Positions 1-11,038 of a stretch of DNA of 64,000 nt are shown in pieces; the stretch's first letter is position 1, and every line of letters begins with the position of its first letter. Source of the DNA: a virus (Duplodnaviria; Caudoviricetes). A program made the position numbers and the translations under genes. Where the stretch lies: the IMG/VR virus record IMGVR_UViG_3300028048_000047, positions 96,001 to 160,000 of that record; one strand, 5' to 3'. Below the pieces are notes generated by a model. That model saw only the letters and a program-made list of their open reading frames with translations. It searched no databases and was not told the origin of the DNA.

Positions 1-2
1 AA

Positions 3-413
3 TTGTTTTTGGATACTCTTCAACATTGTGATGATGTTGAAAATGTGATGAAACATATTGCATCACATATTGAAGATATAGGGGAATATCATGATTATAC
101 AAAAATAGAAAATTTTGAGGACTATGCAAATGATACATTAGAAAGACAGATTACTCCTAATTTTAAAGAAAGAAAGTGGTACAATATACATACTACTAAT
201 GAAAGACATCATATTAATTCAAATATACATGATGATGTGAATTTATTTGATTTATTAGAGTTTATATGTGATTGTATTACTGCGGGTAAAGCAAGAACAG
301 GTAAAGTAAATAAATCATTTTTAAAAATTGATGAAGAAATATTAAATAAATGTTATTGGAATACAATTAAATTAATCGATGAGTCTGTATATGTTATTGA
401 CTCCAATAAGTAA
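3..413 (+). CDS. DUF5662-like HD-type protein (may be 5'-truncated by window)
   Basis: H..HDYTK..H...ERHH...D.LE..CD pattern; paralog of the C-terminal part of 2811..3512. Confidence 0.6.
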   Translation: MFLDTLQHCDDVENVMKHIASHIEDIGEYHDYTKIENFEDYANDTLERQITPNFKERKWYNIHTTNERHHINSNIHDDVNLFDLLEFICDCITAGKARTGKVNKSFLKIDEEILNKCYWNTIKLIDESVYVIDSNK

Positions 414-435
414 AAATTATAAAAAGGATGGTATT

Positions 436-837
436 ATGATTAAATTATCTGAGGATTTCAAAAAAATTATAGAAAAAGACAAACATATAAAAATGATGTG
501 GAATGAGTATCAAGATGCAATAAATAAAAGAGAGGAATATTTTAATAAAGTAGTAATGGAGTTAAATAATCATCGTTCAATCTTACAAGAAGAATATGGT
601 TTGAAGGGTTATAATTATAGTAAACCATGTGAATATGAAGATACTGTACGGGTAGATAATAGTAGATATTATTGTTTTAAAGTAATTTTTACAAATAGAC
701 CGTCTGCAAAGGAATTAGGTATTATTGAAGATATTACAGGCTGTAAGTATGTGGGAGGAGGATATAGAATAAGTAAGGGAAATTCAGTAGTATTCTATTT
801 TGAATTACCTGAAATTGTAGAATATGAAGTACATTGA
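436..837 (+). CDS. hypothetical protein
   Basis: ORF; start moved to the ATG after a purine-rich SD. Confidence 0.6.
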   Translation: MIKLSEDFKKIIEKDKHIKMMWNEYQDAINKREEYFNKVVMELNNHRSILQEEYGLKGYNYSKPCEYEDTVRVDNSRYYCFKVIFTNRPSAKELGIIEDITGCKYVGGGYRISKGNSVVFYFELPEIVEYEVH

Positions 838-853
838 AATGGAGGAGATATAT

Positions 854-1330
854 ATGAGTATAGAGATTAATGTGGAGTCAATAGATAAGGTAGAATATAG
901 TAATTCATCTAAAACTCAATTTCTGGTTTATTTAAGATTACTTCCTGATAATATATTATTTGAAATAGTATTTGAGAATGTTCAAAATGAAAAAGATGTA
1001 AAAAATATTATAAAAAATTTTAATAATCCTTACCGATTGAGTGATTTGTATAAATATAGTGAGATTAAACCATTCAATGAAAAGGTATATTCATGTGATA
1101 TTGAATCTCCTATTAAATTTAAAATCAAAAGTGGGGACAAAAAAGGTTTGGAGAAGTTTTTATATCTTCTTAATACTCCTACAAAATTAGATGAAATGGA
1201 TTTATTTGAAGAACATCAACAATTATCTACAATAATTGATACACATATTCAAACTATTCATGATTTAATTAAAAGAAGAAGGGAAATTGAATATAAATTA
1301 TGGGAATATGGGAAACAATCAGCAAAATAG
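854..1330 (+). CDS. hypothetical protein
   Basis: ORF with GGAGGAG SD at 841. Confidence 0.65.
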   Translation: MSIEINVESIDKVEYSNSSKTQFLVYLRLLPDNILFEIVFENVQNEKDVKNIIKNFNNPYRLSDLYKYSEIKPFNEKVYSCDIESPIKFKIKSGDKKGLEKFLYLLNTPTKLDEMDLFEEHQQLSTIIDTHIQTIHDLIKRRREIEYKLWEYGKQSAK

Positions 1331-1351
1331 CTTATTAATGGGGAAAGTTAT

Positions 1352-1798
1352 ATGGGATTTAGAATAGTGGAAAATCCTCCTCCAAAATATCTTGAAAAAT
1401 ATGATACTTTTATAGATTTATATAATAATAGTCCATTAAATGTTAAAGAAATAAGAGAAAAACTTGATTGGTCAATATCAGTATATAATCAAGCAAAAGA
1501 AAAAGGTTTGAAAGAAGGTAAAATCATTGAAAGAAGAACTCCTTTAACAATCAAAAATGTTAAAGGAAGACCTAAAAACACCAAAAATCCTCCGAAGTAT
1601 TATTCAAAAACTACTGATGGTAAATATGTTGTGGTTAAACGATTTTATAAAGGTAAAACAGTAGATAAGAATGTTTATTGTGGTATTTATGATACTGAGA
1701 ATCAAGCGAAACAAATTGTTGATGAAATGAAAAATGTGAATTGGGATAAATCATATTTAAATGAAATCAAAAAGAGGGTTATTAATGGAAATAGATGA
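1352..1798 (+). CDS. putative DNA-binding protein (HTH-like N-term + AP2-like C-term)
   Basis: PKYYS..GKY.V.K...YCG.Y.TE..AK..V..W pattern; paralog 5719..6069. Confidence 0.5.
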   Translation: MGFRIVENPPPKYLEKYDTFIDLYNNSPLNVKEIREKLDWSISVYNQAKEKGLKEGKIIERRTPLTIKNVKGRPKNTKNPPKYYSKTTDGKYVVVKRFYKGKTVDKNVYCGIYDTENQAKQIVDEMKNVNWDKSYLNEIKKRVINGNR

Positions 1799-2018
1799 CT
1801 TTATAAATAAAGTATTACAGATAAATAATGCAAGAGAACAATTTCAGACTGATGTATATATTACATCAAAATATTATGAAGTTGTTATTAAACGATTGTA
1901 CATAACTGATATTAAAAGAGTAAATAATCAAATAATTATTACTATAAATAATAAACGAATTCAAAAATTAATGATAATGGACGATATGACTTATGGGTTA
2001 AGAACAGATACATTTTAA
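1785..2018 (+). CDS. hypothetical protein
   Basis: ORF with SD GAGGG. Confidence 0.5.
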   Translation: MEIDDFINKVLQINNAREQFQTDVYITSKYYEVVIKRLYITDIKRVNNQIIITINNKRIQKLMIMDDMTYGLRTDTF

Positions 2019-2044
2019 AAAAAAATAAAGTATAGGTTTTTAAA

Positions 2045-2704
2045 GTGAATATTAAAATTGATTATCGTGAGAAAAAAAGAGGAAAAAAGGCGTTGAAATT
2101 TTATGATGAAAGAGAACATAATGTTAATATTTTAAATTTAGATACAGGGGATTATGTTTTTGATGATAAAGTTGTTTTTGAATTTAAAACATGGAGTGAT
2201 ATGTTCAATAGTATTCATAATAATCGTGTTTTTGATGAGAGTTTAAGGCAAAGAGATGAGTATCCATATCATTATGTGATAATTGTAGGAAATGATAAAG
2301 ATAAGCAAAAAGCATTATATAACTTACATAAATTAAATATTAAATTCAAAATTAAACAGTATTATGGTGCAGTTGCAAGATTAAATACATATACTAATGT
2401 TATTTATGCTCCAAATACCACCAAAGCATTTAGGATAATGGAATGTCAATCTGAAAAATGTTTGGATTCAAAACCTATAATTAGAGAGTTAAATGATAAA
2501 ACAGATAATGTTGCTCTCAATATATTAATGTTTTTACCACATATTAAATATAATCGTGCAAAACTTATAACAGATTCATTGGAATTGGAAACAGTTGAAG
2601 ATTTATTTAAAGTAACCCCAGAAGATTTACTTAAAGTTAATGGTATAGGGGATAAGTTGGCAGAAAGTATTATTAATAATATAACTAAAAGATATTTAAA
2701 ATAA
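2045..2704 (+). CDS. ERCC4/XPF-family structure-specific endonuclease with C-terminal (HhH)2
   Basis: IDYRE, LDTGDY, EFKxxxD nuclease motifs; HhH KVNGIGDKLA. Confidence 0.88.
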   Translation: MNIKIDYREKKRGKKALKFYDEREHNVNILNLDTGDYVFDDKVVFEFKTWSDMFNSIHNNRVFDESLRQRDEYPYHYVIIVGNDKDKQKALYNLHKLNIKFKIKQYYGAVARLNTYTNVIYAPNTTKAFRIMECQSEKCLDSKPIIRELNDKTDNVALNILMFLPHIKYNRAKLITDSLELETVEDLFKVTPEDLLKVNGIGDKLAESIINNITKRYLK

Positions 2705-2810
2705 TTATAGTATACAATTTGGTGTTTTAAGAAATTTAAAATATGGTTTAATAATAATTGATGATTATTTTTTTTTAAAAAAATAATATTTTTTGGGAGG
2801 TTCTTTTAAA

Positions 2811-3512
2811 ATGAAAAATTATGAAGTAAAATATAATGAATTAACAGATAAAATACTTCAATTAAATGCCGAATATAGTTCAAAGATGCGAGATATTGCA
2901 AGTAATCTTAGAGTATATAGTGATGATGAGGAGTATTTGAGATACAAATATAAATTAGAATGTTTACATGAATTACTTAATAATACCAACATGGACTGTG
3001 TTGAATATAATAATGGGTTTTGGTCAAAAAATGATGGATATATTCTTTTAAGCGATTCAAGTAATGGGGATAGTAGAACAAGTAAAAAATCCCCAAGTTA
3101 TGATGAAATTCGTCAAGCCGTTGAAATTCATATTGGGGATGTGGATAAAGCATTAGAATTTTGGAAAAAACAATTAGAGGAAAAACAGGGAATTCATGAC
3201 TACACCAAGTTAGAAAATTTTGAGGAAGAATATGGTTTTCTTGTGCATGAAGGGGTGAAGGATGAAATATTTCTTAAAAGTGAATGGTGGCATAAGCATA
3301 TAACAAAAGAAAGACATCATTTACAATATTATTCTCCATCTGATGTTAATTTAATAGATGTGCTTGAATTAATAAGTGATAGGGTTGTTGCAGAAAAAGG
3401 AAGGACTGGAAGCATTATTAAAGAATATCTTGAAATTGATATGAATATTTTAAAGGACGCTTATTGGAATACTGTTAAATTATTGGATAGTAAGACAAGA
3501 AGGGTGGAATAA
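2811..3512 (+). CDS. DUF5662-like HD-type protein with N-terminal extension
   Basis: HIGDV..HDYTKLENF..H...ERHH..DVNLIDVLE..D; aligns with 3..413. Confidence 0.6.
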   Translation: MKNYEVKYNELTDKILQLNAEYSSKMRDIASNLRVYSDDEEYLRYKYKLECLHELLNNTNMDCVEYNNGFWSKNDGYILLSDSSNGDSRTSKKSPSYDEIRQAVEIHIGDVDKALEFWKKQLEEKQGIHDYTKLENFEEEYGFLVHEGVKDEIFLKSEWWHKHITKERHHLQYYSPSDVNLIDVLELISDRVVAEKGRTGSIIKEYLEIDMNILKDAYWNTVKLLDSKTRRVE

Positions 3513-3991
3513 TGTCTATGATAATTACACGAAGGGGATATGTTATATACTATGGTTATGGGCAGTTTGATTATTATTGTGTTCATGTGTTAAAACCTAA
3601 ATCCAAAAGAGTTTGGAAACCAAGGGATACAGAGTGCTTTATGTGGTTAAAAAGAATGGGTAAGAAATATGGGAATGATAAATTATATGAAGATTTTTTA
3701 AAAATTTATGAACCAATTACAACTGATACAGATATGGGGGATATTGAAAATATTGTTAAAGAGGTTAGTAGTAAGTATAGGTATAGTCAAGAATGGTGGA
3801 TTATATTAGCATTAACAATAAAAGCAGAATTACATAAAAAGAATACTAAATTAGGGAAGACAATTAAACATTTGGGTGTGTATGAATTATTAAATGAAGA
3901 TAAAAAAGTAAGGGATATAGTGTTGGATATAAATGATGAAAATTGGATGGCTTTGAAAGAATCAATGTTGGAGAAAGGTATATATGATTAA
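3512..3991 (+). CDS. conserved hypothetical protein (DUF7004-like)
   Basis: GQFDYYCV..PRD..YG...LYEDF..AE..K..LGKTIK.LG pattern, recalled from memory only. Confidence 0.45.
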   Translation: MSMIITRRGYVIYYGYGQFDYYCVHVLKPKSKRVWKPRDTECFMWLKRMGKKYGNDKLYEDFLKIYEPITTDTDMGDIENIVKEVSSKYRYSQEWWIILALTIKAELHKKNTKLGKTIKHLGVYELLNEDKKVRDIVLDINDENWMALKESMLEKGIYD

Positions 3992-4520
3992 TGGTAATGA
4001 AATTTTAAAAAAGAAATATCCTGATTTTGATGATGAATCAAGGACACCTAATGGTATTGATTTGAGATTAGGAAAAGTATATGTACTTGATGATGCAATA
4101 GAACCGTATCCTAATAATTTTTCGTCTTATGGATTATATAAAGAAGATTTATTTGATGGGACACCTGAAAAGGATTTACCAAAACAAAAAGAAATTAGAC
4201 CTAAATTTATGGATTGTTATCATATAGAAGGTTGGAGTTTAATTCCAAATAAAGTATATATTTTAGAAGTGGAGGATACAATAAAAATTGATAATGATTC
4301 TATACAATTGTATAAACCTCGTTCCACATTATTAAGAGCAGGATTATCATTATCAACTGCTGTTGGAGATGCAGGATTTAATGGCAAATTATCATTTATG
4401 TGTATTAATCATGGACATTTACCATTTTTTTTAGAGAAAGGGGTTAGATTTGTACAACTAATTGATTTTGAATTGAATGGGAATTCAATTACTTATGATG
4501 GGGATTATCAAGAATATTAA
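3984..4520 (+). CDS. trimeric dUTPase / dCTP deaminase family protein
   Basis: PNGIDLRLG, PRSTLLRAG, AVGDAGFNG, GVRFVQL motifs. Confidence 0.88.
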   Translation: MINGNEILKKKYPDFDDESRTPNGIDLRLGKVYVLDDAIEPYPNNFSSYGLYKEDLFDGTPEKDLPKQKEIRPKFMDCYHIEGWSLIPNKVYILEVEDTIKIDNDSIQLYKPRSTLLRAGLSLSTAVGDAGFNGKLSFMCINHGHLPFFLEKGVRFVQLIDFELNGNSITYDGDYQEY

Positions 4521-4708
4521 AAATATTTAAGGTGTTTTTTCATGAGTGATGTGAATATATATGACCAACAATTATTATTAATTAATAAAAAAATAGATTT
4601 AATGAATGAATTATTAATTGAAGTATTGAAAGAAAATTCTCCAAGAACAATAATTAAATATTATAATGATTATGAAGAATTACTTAAAGATGGGGAGGAG
4701 TTGTATTA

Positions 4709-5005
4709 ATGATAATGGACGATTTACTTGAATTAAAATTGGATGAAATATTAGATAAATACTGTTTATTGTATAGTCCTGAATGTGGTTATTATTATGG
4801 GATAGCAGAATGTAATGATGTCGATAAATTGTATGAAGAGTACAATATTGACGAATATTCCGAAGCTTTTGAGCCTGATACAATTATACCAGGGCATATT
4901 ATGGGGGAAATAAATGATAAACTTCTTACATATGATTTGTTGGAGAATATAATGAATAATTTGGATATAACAAAGAAAAATAATAATGTTGATACAAATG
5001 ATTAA
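4709..5005 (+). CDS. hypothetical protein
   Basis: ORF, SD GGAGGAG. Confidence 0.55.
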   Translation: MIMDDLLELKLDEILDKYCLLYSPECGYYYGIAECNDVDKLYEEYNIDEYSEAFEPDTIIPGHIMGEINDKLLTYDLLENIMNNLDITKKNNNVDTND

Positions 5006-5693
5006 ATATAAAGTGATTTATAATTGTGCAAATGATACTTATAGTATTCATGATGGAAATAATATATATCATTTAAATAATGAACAAGATATTTCACAAA
5101 TAATAGTTACTTTAAATAACTATTCGTCCATTAAAAAAAAATATGATAATTCTTTTGAGAGAATCAAACAATTAAATGAAATTTTAATAAAGAAGAATGC
5201 TAAGATTCATAAATTGGAAAAGAAATTGAACAAATGTGAAGATAGATTAAATGGATTATTCCCAATTAATGCAGAACCTATTAAATCTCCTTATCGATTG
5301 AATTTAAGGGATTATTTTAGTATTCCTTCAATGCAAACTGAAAAATATTGGGGTGTTGGGGATATATTAAAAGCATTACATTATTATTGTAATGATGATG
5401 TGAATATAATGGGTAGTGAGTGTGTTGGTGATTATCAAGGATATTATTATGCTGTTTTTAAAATTAATGATTATCTTTTTTTATGGAGAGGAGATTTTGG
5501 TTCATGTGATGTTTGTGATATGATTGGTGGAACTGATATTGAAGATGGTTATGAAGTATTAATTAATACATTGTCAGAAGGTAACACTTTACAATTTTAT
5601 AATAAAGTTCATGCTATGAATTATTTGATTACTGTTGAAAATAGTAATAGGTATAATAGCTGGAAGAATTTTCCAAAAGGATTATTGGGTTAA
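4998..5693 (+). CDS. hypothetical protein with coiled coil and GDYQG..GSCDVCD domain
   Basis: ORF; CxxC motif. Confidence 0.6.
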   Translation: MIKYKVIYNCANDTYSIHDGNNIYHLNNEQDISQIIVTLNNYSSIKKKYDNSFERIKQLNEILIKKNAKIHKLEKKLNKCEDRLNGLFPINAEPIKSPYRLNLRDYFSIPSMQTEKYWGVGDILKALHYYCNDDVNIMGSECVGDYQGYYYAVFKINDYLFLWRGDFGSCDVCDMIGGTDIEDGYEVLINTLSEGNTLQFYNKVHAMNYLITVENSNRYNSWKNFPKGLLG

Positions 5694-5718
5694 AAAGAAG
5701 TATATGAAGTGAGATTTT

Positions 5719-6069
5719 ATGGGATTTAATGTGATTGAGCAAGATACTCAGAAGAAAGAATTAAAAGAATATGAAGATGTGATTAGATTATATAATAAAG
5801 GATTGGCTGTTAATAAAATAAAAGAAATTCTTGGTTTAACATCATATAAATATTCCAAACATATGAATGAAGCGTTGGGGGAGGGTAGAATAAAATCAAG
5901 GAAAAGTTTAAAAAGTCCAAAGTATTATTATAAAACAAAAAATAATAAATTTTGTATTCAAAGAAGGTGTTCTGAAACAAAAAGAATGAAAAGTTATGGT
6001 ACATATGAAACAGAAGAACAAGCAAAAAAGAAAGTGGTTGAATTGATTAAAAATGGTTGGTTGGAGTGA
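5719..6069 (+). CDS. putative DNA-binding protein (paralog of 1352..1798)
   Basis: MGF..E..Y...LYN; PKYY; YGTYETEEQAK. Confidence 0.55.
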   Translation: MGFNVIEQDTQKKELKEYEDVIRLYNKGLAVNKIKEILGLTSYKYSKHMNEALGEGRIKSRKSLKSPKYYYKTKNNKFCIQRRCSETKRMKSYGTYETEEQAKKKVVELIKNGWLE

Positions 6070-6076
6070 GTTTTAT

Positions 6077-6604
6077 ATGGATTTTGATAAGATATTATTG
6101 TATCATCCTCAACAAAAAATGACTTATATCCGTAAATTAACTATGAGTTATGGTTATTATGCTGTTTTGGCTACTGTTAATCATGAGCAAAAGATAACTC
6201 ATATAGGAATTAATAATACTTTACAGATAATACCATATAGTAAGTTAAGTGATTCTGATAAGTATTTATTAGGTAAAAAGAAATGTGAAAATTTAAAAGA
6301 TAATGATTTGTTGAATATATATAGTATTAATAAGGCGATTCAATTGAAAAAACCTTATAAATTACATAAGAAGTGTAATGGTATGAGGTATACTACTCCT
6401 GAGGAAACTTTGGAATTGAAGAGAGAAATATTATTAAATAAAGATAATGTTATTGTTATTGAAGGTAATAAGTATTATAAAGAGAGTTATACGGATAATA
6501 GTAGTGTTGATATTGGGGATGTGGATATTACAAAAGAGTTGGAGATGATTCGATTAAAACATTATGAAGATTTGTTAGCGAATGGACAGACAACTTTAAT
6601 ATGA
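6077..6604 (+). CDS. hypothetical protein
   Basis: ORF, SD GAGTGAG. Confidence 0.6.
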   Translation: MDFDKILLYHPQQKMTYIRKLTMSYGYYAVLATVNHEQKITHIGINNTLQIIPYSKLSDSDKYLLGKKKCENLKDNDLLNIYSINKAIQLKKPYKLHKKCNGMRYTTPEETLELKREILLNKDNVIVIEGNKYYKESYTDNSSVDIGDVDITKELEMIRLKHYEDLLANGQTTLI

Positions 6605-6628
6605 TTTTATTTTTTATTTTATTTTTTT
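6605..6628 (+). terminator. oligo-T archaeal-type terminator
   Basis: T-rich tract directly after a stop and before a TATA-like element. Confidence 0.5.
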
Positions 6629-6642
6629 GAAGTAAATAGTTA

Positions 6643-6658
6643 TAGTAATATTTATATT
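6643..6658 (+). promoter_or_regulatory. archaeal promoter (TAGTAA..TTTATAT)
   Basis: Same TAGT(A/T)A+TATA arrangement as 18741, 63431, 63609. Confidence 0.45.
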
Positions 6659-6732
6659 ATATTATAGATAAAATGAATATATTGAAATAATACATAAAAA
6701 TATAAACAAATATAAATGGAGGATAATGTTTT

Positions 6733-7140
6733 ATGGTAGATGATTTATATGATTTTCGTAAAAGAAAAGATGTGATAAAAAAAATGTGTGGTATAAAAAG
6801 TTATAGAGATAATGGTTATACTAAAATAACAGATATTTATTCTATTTATTATAATCCTTCCACTTGGTTAATTAATGGTTTTCGTGATAATGAAAGAGAA
6901 AAATTTTATCATTATCATAATGAAAAGGACATGATTGAATTTATTCACATGATTAATCTTCGTGAATTTCGTTTGACTGAATCAATGCAAAATATAGAAC
7001 AGATTTTTAGAAGTTGCACAGATAATGAAATAAGATATCATGAAATAATTCATAAACTGGAAGAAAAAGTGGATATATTAACAAAAGAAAATGAAAAACT
7101 TAAATTCAAACTAAAAAATAATAATGTACTTATGAGATAA
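6733..7140 (+). CDS. hypothetical protein, C-terminal coiled coil (ENEKLK)
   Basis: ORF with GGAGG SD. Confidence 0.6.
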   Translation: MVDDLYDFRKRKDVIKKMCGIKSYRDNGYTKITDIYSIYYNPSTWLINGFRDNEREKFYHYHNEKDMIEFIHMINLREFRLTESMQNIEQIFRSCTDNEIRYHEIIHKLEEKVDILTKENEKLKFKLKNNNVLMR

Positions 7141-7201
7141 AATATGGGAGCATATATTTAGATAAGACTGATAATGAATTAATGAAGGAGATGGCTAAAA
7201 T

Positions 7202-7618
7202 ATGGACATGAAAATTGAACCAATCAACACACATAATAGAAATAATGACCGTTTTGTTTTAACAATTGATGATGATAATTCTGTATATTATTATGATAAC
7301 CATAAAAGAGATGGGTTTGGATTATATGCAGGGGACGGTGAAACCAAGTTTAGTGAGGGGAAGATTGTTAAAAAGAATTTTGAAGATTTGTTTAGTAAAA
7401 TAAATGAATTATATAATGAGAACCAAGCATTAAAAAAGGGTAATGAATATCATCAGATTTTAAAAAAGAAATTCGATGCAGAGGAAAAAGAATTATTAGG
7501 TTTATATGAAGTTGCATTGAAAAGTGGGCATAAGGAAAATGCGAGAATGTATATGGATATAATTAATATATTGGGTGAGATATGGCAACATACATTTCAA
7601 GGTGAAGAATATGAATAG
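7202..7618 (+). CDS. divergent member of the array protein family
   Basis: DRF..INELYNENQALK. Confidence 0.55.
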   Translation: MDMKIEPINTHNRNNDRFVLTIDDDNSVYYYDNHKRDGFGLYAGDGETKFSEGKIVKKNFEDLFSKINELYNENQALKKGNEYHQILKKKFDAEEKELLGLYEVALKSGHKENARMYMDIINILGEIWQHTFQGEEYE

Positions 7619-8048
7619 ATTTTTTCAACGAGGAGAAGTAATTGAAGACAAGTATAAAAATACAAAATTTGTTCTTAATAATGAGAATAAAGTAAAATAT
7701 ACTGTTGATTTACTTAATGAATTAAACAATGAGTTGGAAGTTAAAAAAAGAGAATATATTGATGTTGTAGAGGATTTGGCTCATTCTGAGAATACTATTG
7801 AAGATTTAGCGTCTGAATTATCTGATTTGGAAAATTTTGTATTATCACAATTTAATTCATATCAAAAGTATATTAAAGATAAAATAGAAATTTGTAATTA
7901 TATTCAAATGAAAATTAATAATATATCAACGGTTAAAATAAGTGAAAATAACGATGAAAATAATTATAATTATTCTTTATTAAGTATTAAAAAAGATTTA
8001 ATAAAAAAAGGATTATGGGAAACTTATGTTGCTGAAAGAGATATTTGA
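7611..8048 (+). CDS. divergent member of the array protein family
   Basis: MNRF..VDLLNELNNE. Confidence 0.6.
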   Translation: MNRFFQRGEVIEDKYKNTKFVLNNENKVKYTVDLLNELNNELEVKKREYIDVVEDLAHSENTIEDLASELSDLENFVLSQFNSYQKYIKDKIEICNYIQMKINNISTVKISENNDENNYNYSLLSIKKDLIKKGLWETYVAERDI

Positions 8049-8261
8049 TTAAAGTGTGGTTAAAATTATGAGAATTAAATTTTATGAATTAATGTTGAAA
8101 CTTAATGAAATGAGTAATAATTATGATGATATTAACTTCAAAAAAGTTGATGTTTATACAAATAAAATTAATGGAATTGAATTTTTATTTTTCAAACATG
8201 AGAATGAAGTTTTTGAGGTTATTACAATTGATTCTTTGAATTGAAAAAGGTGTTATAATTT

Positions 8262-8570
8262 ATGGTTATTCATAGTGAAAATGAGAAAGGTGAAAAAGTG
8301 ATATGGGACGATAGTGGTAAGCAATGGAAGTATCCTGATGAAGAAGATGTGATTGACATTGGAGGTAAAAAGAAAAGAGTATGTTCAAAATGTAATAAAC
8401 CACGGATAGATATAAATGGTGTTGTTGATTGTGATTTTTGTTTACAAGGGTTAAGTGTGTGTGATTTGATTGATTATGCTTGTTGTGGACATAATGACCC
8501 TGATAGTGCATATATTAGTTTTAAAGATGGTCGAAGATGGATACTTGATAAAGAATGGAGTCGGAAGTAA
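8262..8570 (+). CDS. Cys-rich putative Zn-binding protein
   Basis: CSKC, CDFC, ACCGH. Confidence 0.6.
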   Translation: MVIHSENEKGEKVIWDDSGKQWKYPDEEDVIDIGGKKKRVCSKCNKPRIDINGVVDCDFCLQGLSVCDLIDYACCGHNDPDSAYISFKDGRRWILDKEWSRK

Positions 8571-9739
8571 AATGGGACGATGTAGTAGTTATATTATCAG
8601 ATTTAAATTTTGGAGTCTTGATAAATCTAAAAAAAAGAGAGCGAGTGTTCCTATGTTAACTATATTTAGTGATGGTAATTTAAATAAGTGTCATGGTCAG
8701 TTTGGTTCTTCTTATTATATGTTTAAGGATAAAGATACTATGATTGGAAATAAATATTTTTTTAAATAAAAAGAATTGAGTGAAAAGTTATGGTTGATGA
8801 TATAAGTCTTAAAGAAAATTCAATTAATTTTATTGATGGAGAAATTTTCTTAAAAACTGAAAATGGATTTGAAGAAGCAATATTGTATATGAGTATTGAT
8901 GATATTAAATATTTTGATATTGAAACAAGTGTACATATTTGTTTAAAAAAAGATTGGGAAAGAATACAAGAAGTAGGAGAAATTAGGGGATTTCCAAATT
9001 ATCAAGTTCAACCTGTAAAATATAGTATGGAATATGTTGAATCAATGTTAACTTGGGAGGATTAATTTTCATGGAAAGAAGAAAAAAGGTCACACTTAAA
9101 GATGTACTTGGTATAAATAAAGATTATAAACCCATTGAAGGACGGTTTAAGGAAATAATATCAACTCAAAAAATCATTGATACAACAAATAATATTGAAT
9201 ATGATGGATTGGTTGATACTGAATTATTAATTGTAATGAATCAGTTATCTGATGAAATTCTTTTCATGAAAAAATGTTTAAAAGAAGAATTACTTGAAGT
9301 AACATTAACTATGAATAATAATGAAGATGAATTAAATCATGAGTCTAATTATGTTAGGTTTCAAGTTTATTATAATAGAATTAAACGATTATGTGATAAG
9401 TGTAATGTCAAAATTGATGAAAAAGACTATTAGTTTGGAGGAAGATAATATTAAACAGATAGATATATTTAATTATATTTATGATAATTATGGATTTTAT
9501 GGTGTATTAGATGATGTTAAAGAAAAATTAGTTTATGGCGAAGTTACAAAAAGAGATGATGGATTATATAGTATATCCACAGGGGGGTTTTCAGATGATG
9601 AACATCTTATCCATAACTTAACACATCTATTGTGTCGATTTGGAAGTAATCATTATGTGGGTTATCTCCGAGGAGGATGTTTTTATTTTAGTGAAAAGAA
9701 GCATGATAACAATATTAAAATAATAAGGGTGTGATGATA

Positions 9740-10042
9740 ATGGGTGAAAGATTTATTTATGAATATAGTGAAGAAACAAGCATGATTTTAATTAAAGATA
9801 CTTTTCGAGAAGAACCTAATACTAATTCCATATGTAATCCCAAAGGGATAGTGAGATGGTTAAATGAATTAAATAATGAAAATAAAAGATTAAGAAATAC
9901 AATTAATGTACAAACAATGGCGTTGTGTGAGTTTCATAATCGTGAATTAGCACAAGAAAAATGGGGGGAACATAGACCTGAATTTGATTTAGATACATAT
10001 TATGAAATATGTATGAATAAACTAAAAAAAGAGATGGACTAA
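9740..10042 (+). CDS. divergent member of the array protein family
   Basis: MGERF..WLNELNNENKRL. Confidence 0.6.
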   Translation: MGERFIYEYSEETSMILIKDTFREEPNTNSICNPKGIVRWLNELNNENKRLRNTINVQTMALCEFHNRELAQEKWGEHRPEFDLDTYYEICMNKLKKEMD

Positions 10043-10318
10043 TTGAATGGATAAAAATGAAATTGGAAAATTTAAGGTTAGGGTTATTATATGAAAATGT
10101 TATCTGATTTATTAATGGTGTTATTAAATAATTTAAGGATTGAAGATTTACCAGTAAATGTGCTTATTAATGATAAATATTACGATATTGATGAATTTTA
10201 TTTTGATAATGAGATTCATGAATATATAATGAAAGTTAGTGGGGGCATTGAATATAGTGTAAGAGGGGAATTAATTAATAAATGAGTAATTAATGGATTT
10301 AATGGAGGTTATTAATTT

Positions 10319-10777
10319 ATGAGAAGTTGTCATTGTATATTGGCTGGAACAAAACATTGTGAAACTTGTGGAATGAATACAATAAATACTATACAGTACA
10401 CTTCACCAAGAAAAACAGTTAGTGTTACAACATCATTACCTGAATTCAATAATAAAACTGAAAAATATAAGTTATCTATGAACAATAATGGAAAAATTGT
10501 TTTAAAGGACGGTAAAGAGTTAAGTACAGAAGAATGTTGTAAATTATTAAATAAAATAGAAAATGAAAAAGAGAATTGGAAAATACACTATTGCGAATCA
10601 AGTAACATGGAAAGCATATTATCAATGGATTTACAGATTGTTCAAGAAGAATTATGGGATTTGGAAAAATTAATCTATGACTCATATATTATAAATGAAG
10701 ATATAATAAACTCAATGAAAAGATTGAAAGTAAAAATAGATGATTTAATTAACCATAAAAATAGAATATTTAGATAA
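10319..10777 (+). CDS. hypothetical protein (Cys-rich N-term + array-family module)
   Basis: CHC..C..C; KLLNKIENEKE. Confidence 0.55.
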   Translation: MRSCHCILAGTKHCETCGMNTINTIQYTSPRKTVSVTTSLPEFNNKTEKYKLSMNNNGKIVLKDGKELSTEECCKLLNKIENEKENWKIHYCESSNMESILSMDLQIVQEELWDLEKLIYDSYIINEDIINSMKRLKVKIDDLINHKNRIFR

Positions 10778-11038
10778 ATGAAGGCATGAAATAATGAACG
10801 GAAGATTTATAAAAAAAGAATATGCTTATGATTGGTGGTTCATTTTTGATAAAGAACAAAAATATATTGAGGACATGAAGATTCCATTTCCTGATGTTGG
10901 AAATCTTGTTGCAATGTCCGAAGACCAAGTATTAACATTATTAAATAAATATGATATGTTGGAGAAAGAAGTTATAGAACTCAAAAAGGAGAATGAAAAA
11001 TTAAAAGAAAAAATTAATATAAATATGGGGGAGTAAGT

